Source: an uncultured bacterium (GTDB lineage Bacteria; Patescibacteriota; Gracilibacteria; UBA1369; PNNO01). Taken from it: a stretch of 32,000 nt of DNA. Numbering within the stretch: the first letter of the stretch is position 1; each line of letters opens with the position of its first letter. The notes beneath the pieces are model-generated. The model was not told the origin of the DNA. It made no database searches and was given only the letters and a program-made list of their open reading frames with translations. Of the stretch, positions 17,561 to 26,342 are shown in pieces. The DNA is taken from contig OY969931.1 of the NCBI GenBank assembly GCA_963704705.1, positions 240,001 to 272,000 on the forward strand, read 5' to 3'. The position numbers and the translations under genes are program-made.

Positions 17561-18175
17561 CTAATAGAAACGCAGCAAGGAAGTTACCACGCCCTGTATA
17601 ATTAATTCACCCTCAGGATAAATATCCTCAAATTCAGGGTTTTCCGCTTGTAAGTAATATTTGCCGTTTTTAGACATGTACGTTTTTACTGTATTTTGAT
17701 TGTCTACTAAGGCAACGACAACGTCACCGGTTTTTGGAGTTTTTTTGCTGTCTACTATAACTAAATCACCATCATTAATACCTGCGTTTATCATACTTTC
17801 ACCGCGAACACGTAAAATAAATGTATTTTCAGTATTACTTGCAACATCTGGGCCAACATCGTACCAGGAATCAACGAATTCTTCTGTTAAAACCGGGCCA
17901 CCAGCAGGGATGTATCCCAATAATGGTAATTTGATTGTCGCACTCTCTAATCGTTTTTTTACTTCATCAAGTAATTTAATACCACGTGGTGTGTCGTCTT
18001 TATGAATGTACCCTTTTTCTTCCAGAGCTTTTAAATGTTTAATAATGCTGTTATCTGAACTTACATTAAACCTTTCGCGCATTTCGCGAATTGTTGGTGA
18101 TTTACCATTTTTAAGCTGATACTTTTCGATATATTTTAGAACTGCTTTTTGTTTGTCAGTTAAAAATTCAACCAT
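17561..18175 (-). CDS. lexA: LexA repressor
   Basis: N-terminal winged-helix motif LTDKQKAVLKYIEKYQLKNGKSPTIREM, autocleavage Ala-Gly in GYIPAGGPV, catalytic Ser in LRVRGESMINAGI and Lys in NTVKTY. Confidence 0.95.
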   Translation of the reverse strand: MVEFLTDKQKAVLKYIEKYQLKNGKSPTIREMRERFNVSSDNSIIKHLKALEEKGYIHKDDTPRGIKLLDEVKKRLESATIKLPLLGYIPAGGPVLTEEFVDSWYDVGPDVASNTENTFILRVRGESMINAGINDGDLVIVDSKKTPKTGDVVVALVDNQNTVKTYMSKNGKYYLQAENPEFEDIYPEGELIIQGVVTSLLRFY

Positions 18176-18191
18176 ATATAAAAAATTAATA

Positions 18192-18236
18192 GTGAGTGTA
18201 CGCTCACATTATAGGTGAGGCCGCACTCACCGTCAA
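18192..18236 (-). promoter_or_regulatory. lexA promoter with two palindromic operator candidates
   Basis: On minus strand: TTGACG (18236-18231), spacer GTGAGTGCGGCCTCACC (18230-18214, 17 nt), TATAAT (18213-18208), then GTGAGCGTACACTCAC (18207-18192). Confidence 0.8.
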
Positions 18237-18321
18237 GACTTTTTTTACATTTTCTATTTTTGTGCTTCGCTCAGCCTAAAAGGCTTCGCTCCAAAGAGCT
18301 ACGCGCTTTCAGCGCTGCGCT

Positions 18322-18858
18322 CTACTCAAATTCAAAAATCAATTTTTTGCCGTACCTAAGCGTTAAAGCTGCCGGCATATTATAAAAGCGAGCAATAACA
18401 TTATTATGATTTCTCACCTTGTCATTATAATCTATTTCAAGTTTATTGATCTCTTTTTCGATATCATAAATATTTTTTTTAACTTCAAGATAAACTGTAT
18501 TAACTCTAAGTTCATTTATTGATTCGCAAAACTGAAAAATTTCTTTTAAATGCCTGCTGAAATCATGCTCAACAACAATTTTTTTCATTGAACATATAGA
18601 ATTCATGCTTGCTCTTGCCCTAACCTCAATTGTTTTTTCAACCATTTCTTCAAACTCCTTATTCTTTTCGGTTATAAAAAGTCTAGCTGTTTCAACCAGA
18701 AGGGGGAAAAGGTCCTGTCTGTACTGAAGTTTGTCGACTAAGTTGTACCATCTGATATTAATATCGTCGCGTAAGGCACGTATATGGATTACGGATATAC
18801 TGAAGAAAAATATCAGTATTATTATAATTCCTAAAACAATAAAAATTGTATTTTGCAT
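18322..18858 (-). CDS. LemA-family protein
   Basis: N-terminal TM followed by WYNLVDKLQYRQDLFPLLVETARLF and C-terminal YNDKVRNHNNVIARFYNMPAALTLRYGKKLIFEF, matching the LemA family pattern. Confidence 0.75.
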   Translation of the reverse strand: MQNTIFIVLGIIIILIFFFSISVIHIRALRDDINIRWYNLVDKLQYRQDLFPLLVETARLFITEKNKEFEEMVEKTIEVRARASMNSICSMKKIVVEHDFSRHLKEIFQFCESINELRVNTVYLEVKKNIYDIEKEINKLEIDYNDKVRNHNNVIARFYNMPAALTLRYGKKLIFEFE

Positions 18859-18867
18859 GCCTTGATT

Positions 18868-19512
18868 TTACCCGATAGATTCCTTGTCTGCAAATACTGA
18901 TTCTTCCAAATTTAAATCATTATTTTCATTTTCAAGTCTTTCTTTTCTTAGTTCTCTCTCTTTTAATGTTTCTTTAATATATTCGCTTTTTACTTTATTT
19001 ATTTTTCTAAAATGATAATCAGGATTTGGAATAGATTTTAAGATTTTTGTTGTTGAAGATGACGAAAGCGTTATTTCTAAGTCACCAAAACTTAAAACAT
19101 TTCGTAAAATGCCGTCCTGATGTTTTATAATATCTTGTACTTTTGGAAGATCTGTTGCGTCTTTAGAATCTTTTAAATAAAGAGATTTTTTTAATACTAC
19201 AATTCTATAATTGGTAAAAATCACTATTTCTAAAAAGTATTGGATCATTCTTAAGAAAAATTTGTGAATATATAAAGTAAAAAAACCAATTAGTCCAAAC
19301 GCAAATAAGTTTATTATAAGGGAATCCTGAACGAAAAAATTGTAGATTGGCTTGAAGTAAATTAAAGTTAAAATTAATAGTCCTATGAATATAAAAAATC
19401 CCAGAAAATCTTTCACTAATACAATCCAGTGTTTTCTACAGAAACATTCAACAACTTCTGAACGATGTTGTCCTTTAAAATGCCTGTCTGAATTATCAAA
19501 TTCACTAATCAT
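18868..19512 (-). CDS. PH-domain (bPH_2-like) membrane protein
   Basis: Two TM helices followed by FTNYRIVVLKKSLYLKDS...LPKVQDIIKHQDGILRNVLSFGDLEITLSS. Confidence 0.7.
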   Translation of the reverse strand: MISEFDNSDRHFKGQHRSEVVECFCRKHWIVLVKDFLGFFIFIGLLILTLIYFKPIYNFFVQDSLIINLFAFGLIGFFTLYIHKFFLRMIQYFLEIVIFTNYRIVVLKKSLYLKDSKDATDLPKVQDIIKHQDGILRNVLSFGDLEITLSSSSTTKILKSIPNPDYHFRKINKVKSEYIKETLKERELRKERLENENNDLNLEESVFADKESIG

Positions 19513-19736
19513 AAAGTAATAAAGTAAATAAATACTGTTGATCCTAAAGCAAGTACAACAGTTAACAGTATATAAATAAATGCAATGTATCTTAGTCTTA
19601 AAAAACCAAATAGAAGAGTGTATTTGCTTTCGTCAAAACGATATTTATTAATATATCTATATAGAAGTTTTATATTAAGCAGGCAAAATATTATTGATAA
19701 TACGCCAATAATTGTTGTAACTAAAACTAATGTCAT
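19509..19736 (-). CDS. Small two-to-three-TM hypothetical protein (75 aa)
   Basis: Hydrophobic ORF overlapping the PH-domain gene by 4 bp on the same strand. Confidence 0.5.
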   Translation of the reverse strand: MTLVLVTTIIGVLSIIFCLLNIKLLYRYINKYRFDESKYTLLFGFLRLRYIAFIYILLTVVLALGSTVFIYFITL

Positions 19737-19858
19737 CTTTGCATTGTTAAGTTTTAAGTTTGCAAAAAACAGAATTTTTACCTTTTCTTGAACTTTTTAC
19801 CCATTTATGCCCTTTCGATTACATCATACATACAAAACCGTACTTTAGTCAAGTATTG

Positions 19859-20911
19859 TCAGTTTCTGGCAACATATTCTTCAATGACCTCAAGTATTTT
19901 ATCTGTAGCGTTATTCGAAGATATTTGTTTGTCTTTTGTGTTAATTAATTGTGACACCTTTTCTAAAAGAGATGCACTTGTTAATTCTTCGTCGTTTATA
20001 ATTTCAGTATTTTCATGTGTCTTTTTATAAGCTATTGCATTTAATGTTTGCTCTCCGCGGCTTGCTGCTTTGCCTATTGGAATAAGCACAGCCGGTATTC
20101 CAAGAGCTTCGATTTCAGCAAGGCTGTTAGCGCCCGATCTTGTTATAACAACATTGGTTATTGCATAAATATCAGCGAGCTCCTCTTTTAAATACTCAAA
20201 AGCTTTGTATTTTGAAGTATCTTCATGCACTTTTTTGCCTGGACCGGTAATATGAACAATCTGAGCATCCAAGTGTGGCAGCGCTTCAATAATTGTTTCA
20301 TTTATATGTTGAGCGCCCTGACTGCCTCCCATTACTAAAATTACTGGTTTTTCACCGGTGAATCCGGTTAATTTATAACCTTTTTCAGCATCACCTTTTA
20401 ATAAAAATTCGCGAATAGGATTACCAGTAAGTACTTTTCGTACATCTCTTGGAAAGTTTACTTTGCATTCATCAAATGCCATGCAAATAACCGAAGCTTT
20501 TTTAGCTGCCATTCTGTTTGCAAGACCAGGAAGTACATCGGATTCATGCAGAATAATAGGTATTTTAAGCCAATGAGCCGCATATACAACTGGAATCCCA
20601 ACATATCCGCCTTTGCTAAAAACAACTGCCGGTTTGAATTTTCGTAAAGTAAAATATGATTGAATAATTCCAATTGGAATCCTAAAAAAATCCATAAAAT
20701 TTGTCAGACTAAAATATCTTCGAAGCTTGCCTGTCATTATTCCTTTGAATTTTATACCTATTTCAGGAATCATCTTAGCTTCCGGCCCTTTTTTTGAGCC
20801 GATATATAAAATTTCAATATCAGGATGCTTCTCCTTAATTTTCTGTATTAGAGCGATATTGGGTGTTATATGGCCTGCTGTGCCCCCGCCCGTGAAAACG
20901 ATGTGTGTCAT
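19859..20911 (-). CDS. murG: UDP-N-acetylglucosamine--N-acetylmuramyl-(pentapeptide) pyrophosphoryl-undecaprenol N-acetylglucosamine transferase
   Basis: MTHIVFTGGGTAGHITPNIAL, HESDVLPGLANR, VMGGSQGAQHINE, TRSGANSLAEIEALGIPAVLIPIG. Confidence 0.95.
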   Translation of the reverse strand: MTHIVFTGGGTAGHITPNIALIQKIKEKHPDIEILYIGSKKGPEAKMIPEIGIKFKGIMTGKLRRYFSLTNFMDFFRIPIGIIQSYFTLRKFKPAVVFSKGGYVGIPVVYAAHWLKIPIILHESDVLPGLANRMAAKKASVICMAFDECKVNFPRDVRKVLTGNPIREFLLKGDAEKGYKLTGFTGEKPVILVMGGSQGAQHINETIIEALPHLDAQIVHITGPGKKVHEDTSKYKAFEYLKEELADIYAITNVVITRSGANSLAEIEALGIPAVLIPIGKAASRGEQTLNAIAYKKTHENTEIINDEELTSASLLEKVSQLINTKDKQISSNNATDKILEVIEEYVARN

Positions 20912-22073
20912 AAGGTGTTGTGTATTTTGAAATATTTAAAAGTATTCCTATTCCTATTAAAGTCGATAATATTGATGATCCTCCATAACTTATTAAAGGC
21001 AGAGTTATACCCGTGACAGGTAATAAGCCTGTATTTACACCAACATTAATTAATGCCTGAGCTGTAATCCACGTGGTTATTCCCGTGGCCAGAAGCATGG
21101 AGAATCTGTCAGGTGCTGTATTTGCAATTTTATAACCTCTGTAAGCAATTATTACATATACAATTACAACTAAAAATATTCTTATAAATCCGAGTTCTTC
21201 AGCAGAAGCAGCAAAAATAAAGTCGTCAGATGCCTGAGGAAGCCATAATGATTTTTGCACCCCCTGAGTTAAACCTTTTCCCCAAAATCCTCCACTTCCT
21301 ACTGCAATATTAGCTTGTTGTGTTTGCCAGCAGTAATTTTCGCTGCATTCCTGATCAAGGCTTACATAAGCCAAAAATCTTTCTCGAACATGAGTCACAT
21401 TGGCAATGACCATAATTGAAATTAATAATGCCGCAAAAGCACCAAGTGCCAAATGTCTGGCTTTTGCTCCGGCAACAAAATAAATACTTACTGCGATAAT
21501 CGCTAGTACGAGCGTTGATCCAAGGTCAGGCTGTAAAATAACAGGCAGCAACAGGAGTCCGGAAATTACACAAAAGGGCAGGAACCCATATTGAAAGCTC
21601 TCTACATCTTTATTTTTTTCATCCATCCACCGGGCCAGATAAAAAATAAGTGCTAATTTAGCGAATTCAGCAGGCTGAAGGGAGGTATCGAATATTACAA
21701 GCCAACTCTTAGCGATTGTTCCAAAACCTTTACCAGTGATTAATACAACCAATAACAAAAATAAAATAAAACCAAAAAATGGCATTGCAGCGCGTCTCCA
21801 GAATTTGTACGGTATTTTCGCACAAATAAATAAAGCAACAATCCCAATTAATATTCTAAATATATGGTTTTTAAATAGAAGATAGCAATCCACACCATCC
21901 TGTTCACAATTTGGATAAGCAATATTAGGAGCGGAAAGCTCAATTGACTTTGGCACACCAATACTGGTAATCATCACAACTCCAAACAGCAGGAGCGCAA
22001 AAGCCAATATTAAAAGCACGGTATCTGATTTTGTCTTCTGCATAAATTTCGCATTTTTATTGCGGGAATTCAT
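20835..22073 (-). CDS. ftsW: FtsW/RodA-family lipid II flippase/peptidoglycan glycosyltransferase, likely FtsW
   Basis: SEDS-family motifs (LQPDLGSTLVLA, AEELGFIRIFLVV, GLLPVTGITLPLISYGGSS); located upstream of murG on the same strand, overlapping its start by 77 bp. Confidence 0.9.
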   Translation of the reverse strand: MNSRNKNAKFMQKTKSDTVLLILAFALLLFGVVMITSIGVPKSIELSAPNIAYPNCEQDGVDCYLLFKNHIFRILIGIVALFICAKIPYKFWRRAAMPFFGFILFLLLVVLITGKGFGTIAKSWLVIFDTSLQPAEFAKLALIFYLARWMDEKNKDVESFQYGFLPFCVISGLLLLPVILQPDLGSTLVLAIIAVSIYFVAGAKARHLALGAFAALLISIMVIANVTHVRERFLAYVSLDQECSENYCWQTQQANIAVGSGGFWGKGLTQGVQKSLWLPQASDDFIFAASAEELGFIRIFLVVIVYVIIAYRGYKIANTAPDRFSMLLATGITTWITAQALINVGVNTGLLPVTGITLPLISYGGSSILSTLIGIGILLNISKYTTPYDTHRFHGRGHSRPYNTQYRSNTEN

Positions 22074-22130
22074 ACTACACTACTCATGTACTGCTAGGCA
22101 ATATTTCATGATATACTTAATAGGAATTCA

Positions 22131-22205
22131 CCCCGCTTAGCGGGGCTCATGCTACGCTCGCGATAGTACCATTCGCTCGCGAGAGACTCACTAACGCTCG
22201 TCTCT
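22131..22205 (+). promoter_or_regulatory. Three consecutive hairpins in the lspA leader, the last ending 1 nt before the ATG
   Basis: CCCCGC-TTA-GCGGGG (22131-22145); CTCGCGA (22157-22163)/TCGCGAG (22177-22183); AGAGAC (22182-22187)/GTCTCT (22200-22205). No Shine-Dalgarno visible. Confidence 0.5.
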
Positions 22206-22206
22206 G

Positions 22207-22665
22207 ATGGATAAAAATTTTATAAAAAATATTGGATATTTTGTAATAGCCGCTTTGGTTATTTTCATTTTGGACCGGTTTTTAAAAGAAATTGCATCCA
22301 TTTATTTAATAAATGATTACACTTTAATTAAAGGATTTCTTCGTCTTACTTACAGTGAAAATACAGGGGTTGCTTTTGGCTTGCAGTTGCCATTTTTGGT
22401 TCAGTTAATATTGGTTCCCGCACTTATTGTTGGAGGATTTTATCTTGTTTTAAAACATTTGAAATTTGAAAAATTATCAGTTCTTGTGCTTACAGGTGCA
22501 ATTGTAGGCGCAGCAACAAGCAATTATACAGACAGATTGATTCACGGATTTGTTATTGATTATCTTTCTGTTTGGATCTGGCCTGTTTTTAATCTGGCTG
22601 ATGTAATTATTACCCTCGGCATCTTTACCATTCTTGTATTTTATGGTAAAATAAAAAGAGTTTAA
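22207..22665 (+). CDS. lspA: Lipoprotein signal peptidase II
   Basis: ILDRFLKEIA, YSENTGVAFGL, catalytic-Asp motifs SNYTDRLIHGFVIDYL and FNLADVIITLGI; about 4 TM helices. Confidence 0.88.
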   Translation: MDKNFIKNIGYFVIAALVIFILDRFLKEIASIYLINDYTLIKGFLRLTYSENTGVAFGLQLPFLVQLILVPALIVGGFYLVLKHLKFEKLSVLVLTGAIVGAATSNYTDRLIHGFVIDYLSVWIWPVFNLADVIITLGIFTILVFYGKIKRV

Positions 22666-22675
22666 AATTTATTTT

Positions 22676-23533
22676 ATGGAACAAATGGAAGAACAAAAAC
22701 AAATGACACAGTTTACTTTCCTTAATCTAATCACCAGAACATTTGCTGGCCTTGGAGGCGGAATACTTGGAACAGTTGTTTTACTTGTTATTTATGTACT
22801 TACAGTTTCGATTGTTGCACCTGTTTTAACAACATCAGGTGATACAGAAACAACTTTAAGCCCATTATTTATTTTCATTTTAATGGGAATGATTTTTGCT
22901 TCAACACTTGCGGCAAACCTTATTGCGCCACTGTTAATTTCGTTTACTGCGCGTGAAAGATATCAAAGAATTACTACTTCTCTTTTCCAGATTTTCATTG
23001 TGAATATAGTAGTATTTCTTATTCTTATACCTATATATTTATTCGCAACAAGTCTGGGATTGGAATTTATCGGATACGCAGCCGGACTTCAAATAGTATT
23101 CAGTGTTTTGGCGAGCGCACTTATTTTTGAAATTATCGCAAATTACAAATATGCATTATTGGGTGTATACAGTACAATTTTCGCGGTTCTTATAGCAATC
23201 GCGTTTAGTATTGTTTTATTTCAGGCAACCGGTAATGCAACAATTCTTTTATTTCTGGCTTTACCTTTATTATGGGGTGGAGTTGGATTTACTTTCGGCT
23301 TGGTAGGTTTAATTTACCAATGGATTGTAAATACCTGGGGAACCGATTATTTGGCAACTTTCCAGGAATATTCAAAAGATTATGGAGTTACTGAAGCTGA
23401 AGAAATCGCTGAGGAAGAACAAAGAATGGCAGAAGAACCACCTGCAGTTGATACAGAGGGTGTGGATTTTTTAAGAGGTGGTTCAGGTAGCGAAACTCCT
23501 CAAGATACCGATGAGAATAACGACAAAGTTTAA
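22676..23533 (+). CDS. Multi-TM hypothetical membrane protein with acidic C-terminal tail
   Basis: Six or so hydrophobic segments; tail TEAEEIAEEEQRMAEEPPAVDTEGVDFLRG. Confidence 0.6.
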   Translation: MEQMEEQKQMTQFTFLNLITRTFAGLGGGILGTVVLLVIYVLTVSIVAPVLTTSGDTETTLSPLFIFILMGMIFASTLAANLIAPLLISFTARERYQRITTSLFQIFIVNIVVFLILIPIYLFATSLGLEFIGYAAGLQIVFSVLASALIFEIIANYKYALLGVYSTIFAVLIAIAFSIVLFQATGNATILLFLALPLLWGGVGFTFGLVGLIYQWIVNTWGTDYLATFQEYSKDYGVTEAEEIAEEEQRMAEEPPAVDTEGVDFLRGGSGSETPQDTDENNDKV

Positions 23534-24327
23534 TTAAGTTTATCTAAAACAGCTTTACGCATTTCTTCACGCGGGGCTTTTTGCTTTGTCCAGATTTCAA
23601 AAGCTGCGTAGCCCTGGTGCAAAAGCATGTTCTCGCCGGTTATAAAATCAGCTCCAACCTCCTTTGCATCTTTTATAATTTGTGTTTCGCGAGGAGTGTA
23701 AATCATTTCGAAGATCAGCATTTTTTTATTTAATTTTTCTTTTGGAATAATTTGTACACCTTCAGGCTTGTTTAAGCCCGCGGAAGTTGCCTGGATTACA
23801 ATATCAGCCTGGTCAAAATCATCAAGGCTGCCAAATTCACATTGAAATTCATTAGCCAATTCTTTTGCGTGCTCAACTGTTCTGTTTAAAACGGTTATTT
23901 TACCTGCATTTGAGATTTTCATTGCATAAACCGCTGCTCTTGCTGCTCCTCCTGCTCCTAAAATCACAACATTCTCGCCTTTTATATCAGTTTTTTCTTC
24001 AATTGGTTCTTTTACTCCGACCCAATCCACATTTGTACCATGGTATTTATTGTCTTTTGAATAAACTGTATTAACTGCGCCTATTTGTTCAGCATGTATA
24101 TCAATTTCATCCAAAAGAGCAATAATTTTCTCTTTATGAGGTTTACTTACGCTTAGTCCTTTTATGTTTTGTTGATGAAGATTTTTAATGAATTCGTAAA
24201 GTCCAATAGCTTCAACATCAAAAAATTTATAATCGGCATCAATACCAAGTGCATTAAATCCCGCATTATGCATTGCAGGTGAAAGTGAATGAAGAGCTGG
24301 ATGTGCAAGAATTCCATAAATATCCAT
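23530..24327 (-). CDS. aroE: Shikimate dehydrogenase
   Basis: MDIYGILAHPALHSLSPAMHNAGFNALGIDADY, SKPHKE, GAVNTV, GTNVDWVG, VVILGAGGAARAAVYAM. The ORF track extends to 24366, but MDIYGILAHP fits the family start better. Confidence 0.88.
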   Translation of the reverse strand: MDIYGILAHPALHSLSPAMHNAGFNALGIDADYKFFDVEAIGLYEFIKNLHQQNIKGLSVSKPHKEKIIALLDEIDIHAEQIGAVNTVYSKDNKYHGTNVDWVGVKEPIEEKTDIKGENVVILGAGGAARAAVYAMKISNAGKITVLNRTVEHAKELANEFQCEFGSLDDFDQADIVIQATSAGLNKPEGVQIIPKEKLNKKMLIFEMIYTPRETQIIKDAKEVGADFITGENMLLHQGYAAFEIWTKQKAPREEMRKAVLDKLN

Positions 24328-24401
24328 GCTCTTATTGTAATGGTGATCTATTGAAAAACAAGCCAAAATCTGCTATAATATTATGAAATAAATATAAAAA
24401 T

Positions 24402-25175
24402 ATGAATATAAATAAACCAAAAACAAAAACAGCACCTGCTGAAAAAAAGGCGGAAACCGCTGCAGATAGAGCAAAACAACTGGAAGAAGACAGACGCGAA
24501 TTCCGAAAAGATGTAAATAAAAGAAGTACATATCTGGCTAAGCTCGGATCTTCAGAAGCAACTCCGGAAGAAGGATTAGGTAAAATTCTTAAGACTTTAA
24601 GAACAACTGAGGACGAATATATGTTTTTTGCAGCAGTAGAATGGTGCGTAAAAAGCAATTCAGCCTATTACGATAAAAGAAATCAGCTTTTAGGTGCTAT
24701 GGTGAAAAATTTTCACTTCAGACAAAGTTCATCTGTTGGAACGATTTTAAAGTTCTATAAACAGTTTGATTCTGAAGTTGTTAAAGATCTTTTAAAGAAA
24801 CACCAATCAATAAATGCAAACTCAGCAGTAAGAAGTATGAGAAAATTGCCTGATGCTGATATTACTACTTTAGCAAGTTATATGCCTGTAATGACGAAAA
24901 GGAAATTTGTGGCAAAAGCAAATTCACTTAGTACTAAATGGGTTCAGAAAGCTGCAAAAACTACAGCTGTAAAAGCTGTTAGCTATACTGAAAGTGCAAA
25001 TTCATACCTTAGGGTTGTAAATATTTTAAATGCATCACTTAGAGGAAAAACAACTACAACTCCTCAGCAGAATGCTGCAGTTAAACAGATTCCATTTACA
25101 CAACCTTCTGAACCTCAACAAAAACCGCAGGCAGTTCAAATCAAATACAATAAACGTAAAGGCGGAACAATTTAA
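24402..25175 (+). CDS. Hypothetical basic protein, Ala/Lys-rich with Gln/Pro-rich C-terminus
   Basis: ORF with upstream intergenic start. No family recognised. Confidence 0.55.
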   Translation: MNINKPKTKTAPAEKKAETAADRAKQLEEDRREFRKDVNKRSTYLAKLGSSEATPEEGLGKILKTLRTTEDEYMFFAAVEWCVKSNSAYYDKRNQLLGAMVKNFHFRQSSSVGTILKFYKQFDSEVVKDLLKKHQSINANSAVRSMRKLPDADITTLASYMPVMTKRKFVAKANSLSTKWVQKAAKTTAVKAVSYTESANSYLRVVNILNASLRGKTTTTPQQNAAVKQIPFTQPSEPQQKPQAVQIKYNKRKGGTI

Positions 25176-25185
25176 AAATAAAAAA

Positions 25186-26313
25186 ATGTTATTTCCATTA
25201 ATACAAACAGCATATGCACAGGTAAGCGGCCAGGCCGTTGCTTCTGAAACCACAAGTCAGGTTCAGGGGCTTATAGATTTTTTTATTGTGAAAATACCTT
25301 CTTTTATTGCCGCGTTTGTTGTTTTTGTATTGTTTTTCTTTATTTCAAAAGCCATTAAAGGAATTGTTGAAAATAAAATGGCTGAAAAATTTGAGGAGCA
25401 CAAAGAGATGCAGATTTTAGCTGGAAGAACAGCTTCAGCTACAACATTAATATTAGGTGCAACAATAGCTTTGAATATAGCAGGAATCGACCTTACTGTA
25501 ATAATTGCTGCAGCTGGTTTTGGAATAGGTTTTGCATTAAAAGATATAATAATCAACTTTTTGGCTGGTGTATTTACGCTTGCTCAAAAGCAATATACAA
25601 TCGGTGATTTTATTAAAGTAGATAATACAATAGGTAAAATTATGGAGATTCAGGCACGCGCAACTGTGTTGCAGGCATTGGACGGAACAAGGGTTGTAGT
25701 TCCTAATTCGGAATTATTTACAAAACAGGTTACAAGCTTTACTTCAAATCCTTTCAGAAGAATTGAGATTCCTGTTGGAGTTGAATATGGCACTGACCTG
25801 CATTTGGCAGTAAAGACATGTTATGAAGCAATAAAAAACACTCCGGGTATATTGTTGCAGCCTAAACCAGCTGTGCTTGTTAAAGAATTTGGTGACAGTT
25901 CAATTAATTTAATTATACGCGGATGGGTAGAATCACATGGCGGATGGCTTAAAATTAAAAGTGATTTAGCGATTCAAATCAAGATTGAATTCGATAAAGT
26001 CGGAATTGGAATTCCATTCCCAATTCGAACTATTGTTTACGATAAAGATGCTCAGGAAGAAAAAAAGAATTATCAGATACCACAATGGATTGCAATGGAA
26101 GAGCACCCTGCTGAAGAACAGGCGCCTCAAACAGCGCAGCAAGCTGTTTCTCCGGAAGGCCAGGCAGAAGCTGCTCCGCAGCCGCAAGCTGTAGCACCGC
26201 AACCACAACAAGTACCTCAAGCACCACAGGCACCACAGGCACCTTCAGTTGCACCAAAAGCTGAACGCGGCCCAATTGGTGACAAACCAGGTGCAAGCTT
26301 TTTAAAACAGTAG
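25186..26313 (+). CDS. Small-conductance mechanosensitive channel family (MscS-like)
   Basis: AAAGFGIGFALKDIIINFLAGVFTLAQKQYTIGDFIKV...GTRVVVPNSELFTKQV. The track start at 25030 lies within the preceding CDS; ATG at 25186 (MLFPLIQTAYAQ) is more plausible. Long P/Q/A-rich tail. Confidence 0.88.
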   Translation: MLFPLIQTAYAQVSGQAVASETTSQVQGLIDFFIVKIPSFIAAFVVFVLFFFISKAIKGIVENKMAEKFEEHKEMQILAGRTASATTLILGATIALNIAGIDLTVIIAAAGFGIGFALKDIIINFLAGVFTLAQKQYTIGDFIKVDNTIGKIMEIQARATVLQALDGTRVVVPNSELFTKQVTSFTSNPFRRIEIPVGVEYGTDLHLAVKTCYEAIKNTPGILLQPKPAVLVKEFGDSSINLIIRGWVESHGGWLKIKSDLAIQIKIEFDKVGIGIPFPIRTIVYDKDAQEEKKNYQIPQWIAMEEHPAEEQAPQTAQQAVSPEGQAEAAPQPQAVAPQPQQVPQAPQAPQAPSVAPKAERGPIGDKPGASFLKQ

Positions 26314-26316
26314 ATT

Positions 26317-26342
26317 AAAAAAAAGCCCCTCTTTTGGAGGGG
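26317..26342 (-). terminator. Rho-independent terminator, minus strand (CCCCTC-CAAAA-GAGGGG-C-T8)
   Basis: 6-bp GC-rich stem with 5-nt loop, followed on the minus strand by CTTTTTTTT. The plus-strand side has no T-run. Confidence 0.75.

Noticed and set aside
24332-24658. Minus-strand 108-aa ORF overlapping the start of the 257-aa plus-strand gene
   Set aside because: Low-complexity Phe/Ser-rich translation antisense to a Lys/Glu-rich coding region; shadow ORF.
25030-25185. N-terminal extension of the MscS-like protein (MHHLEEKQLQLL...)
   Set aside because: It overlaps the end of the preceding CDS out of frame. MLFPLIQTAYAQ at 25186 gives a signal-like start.
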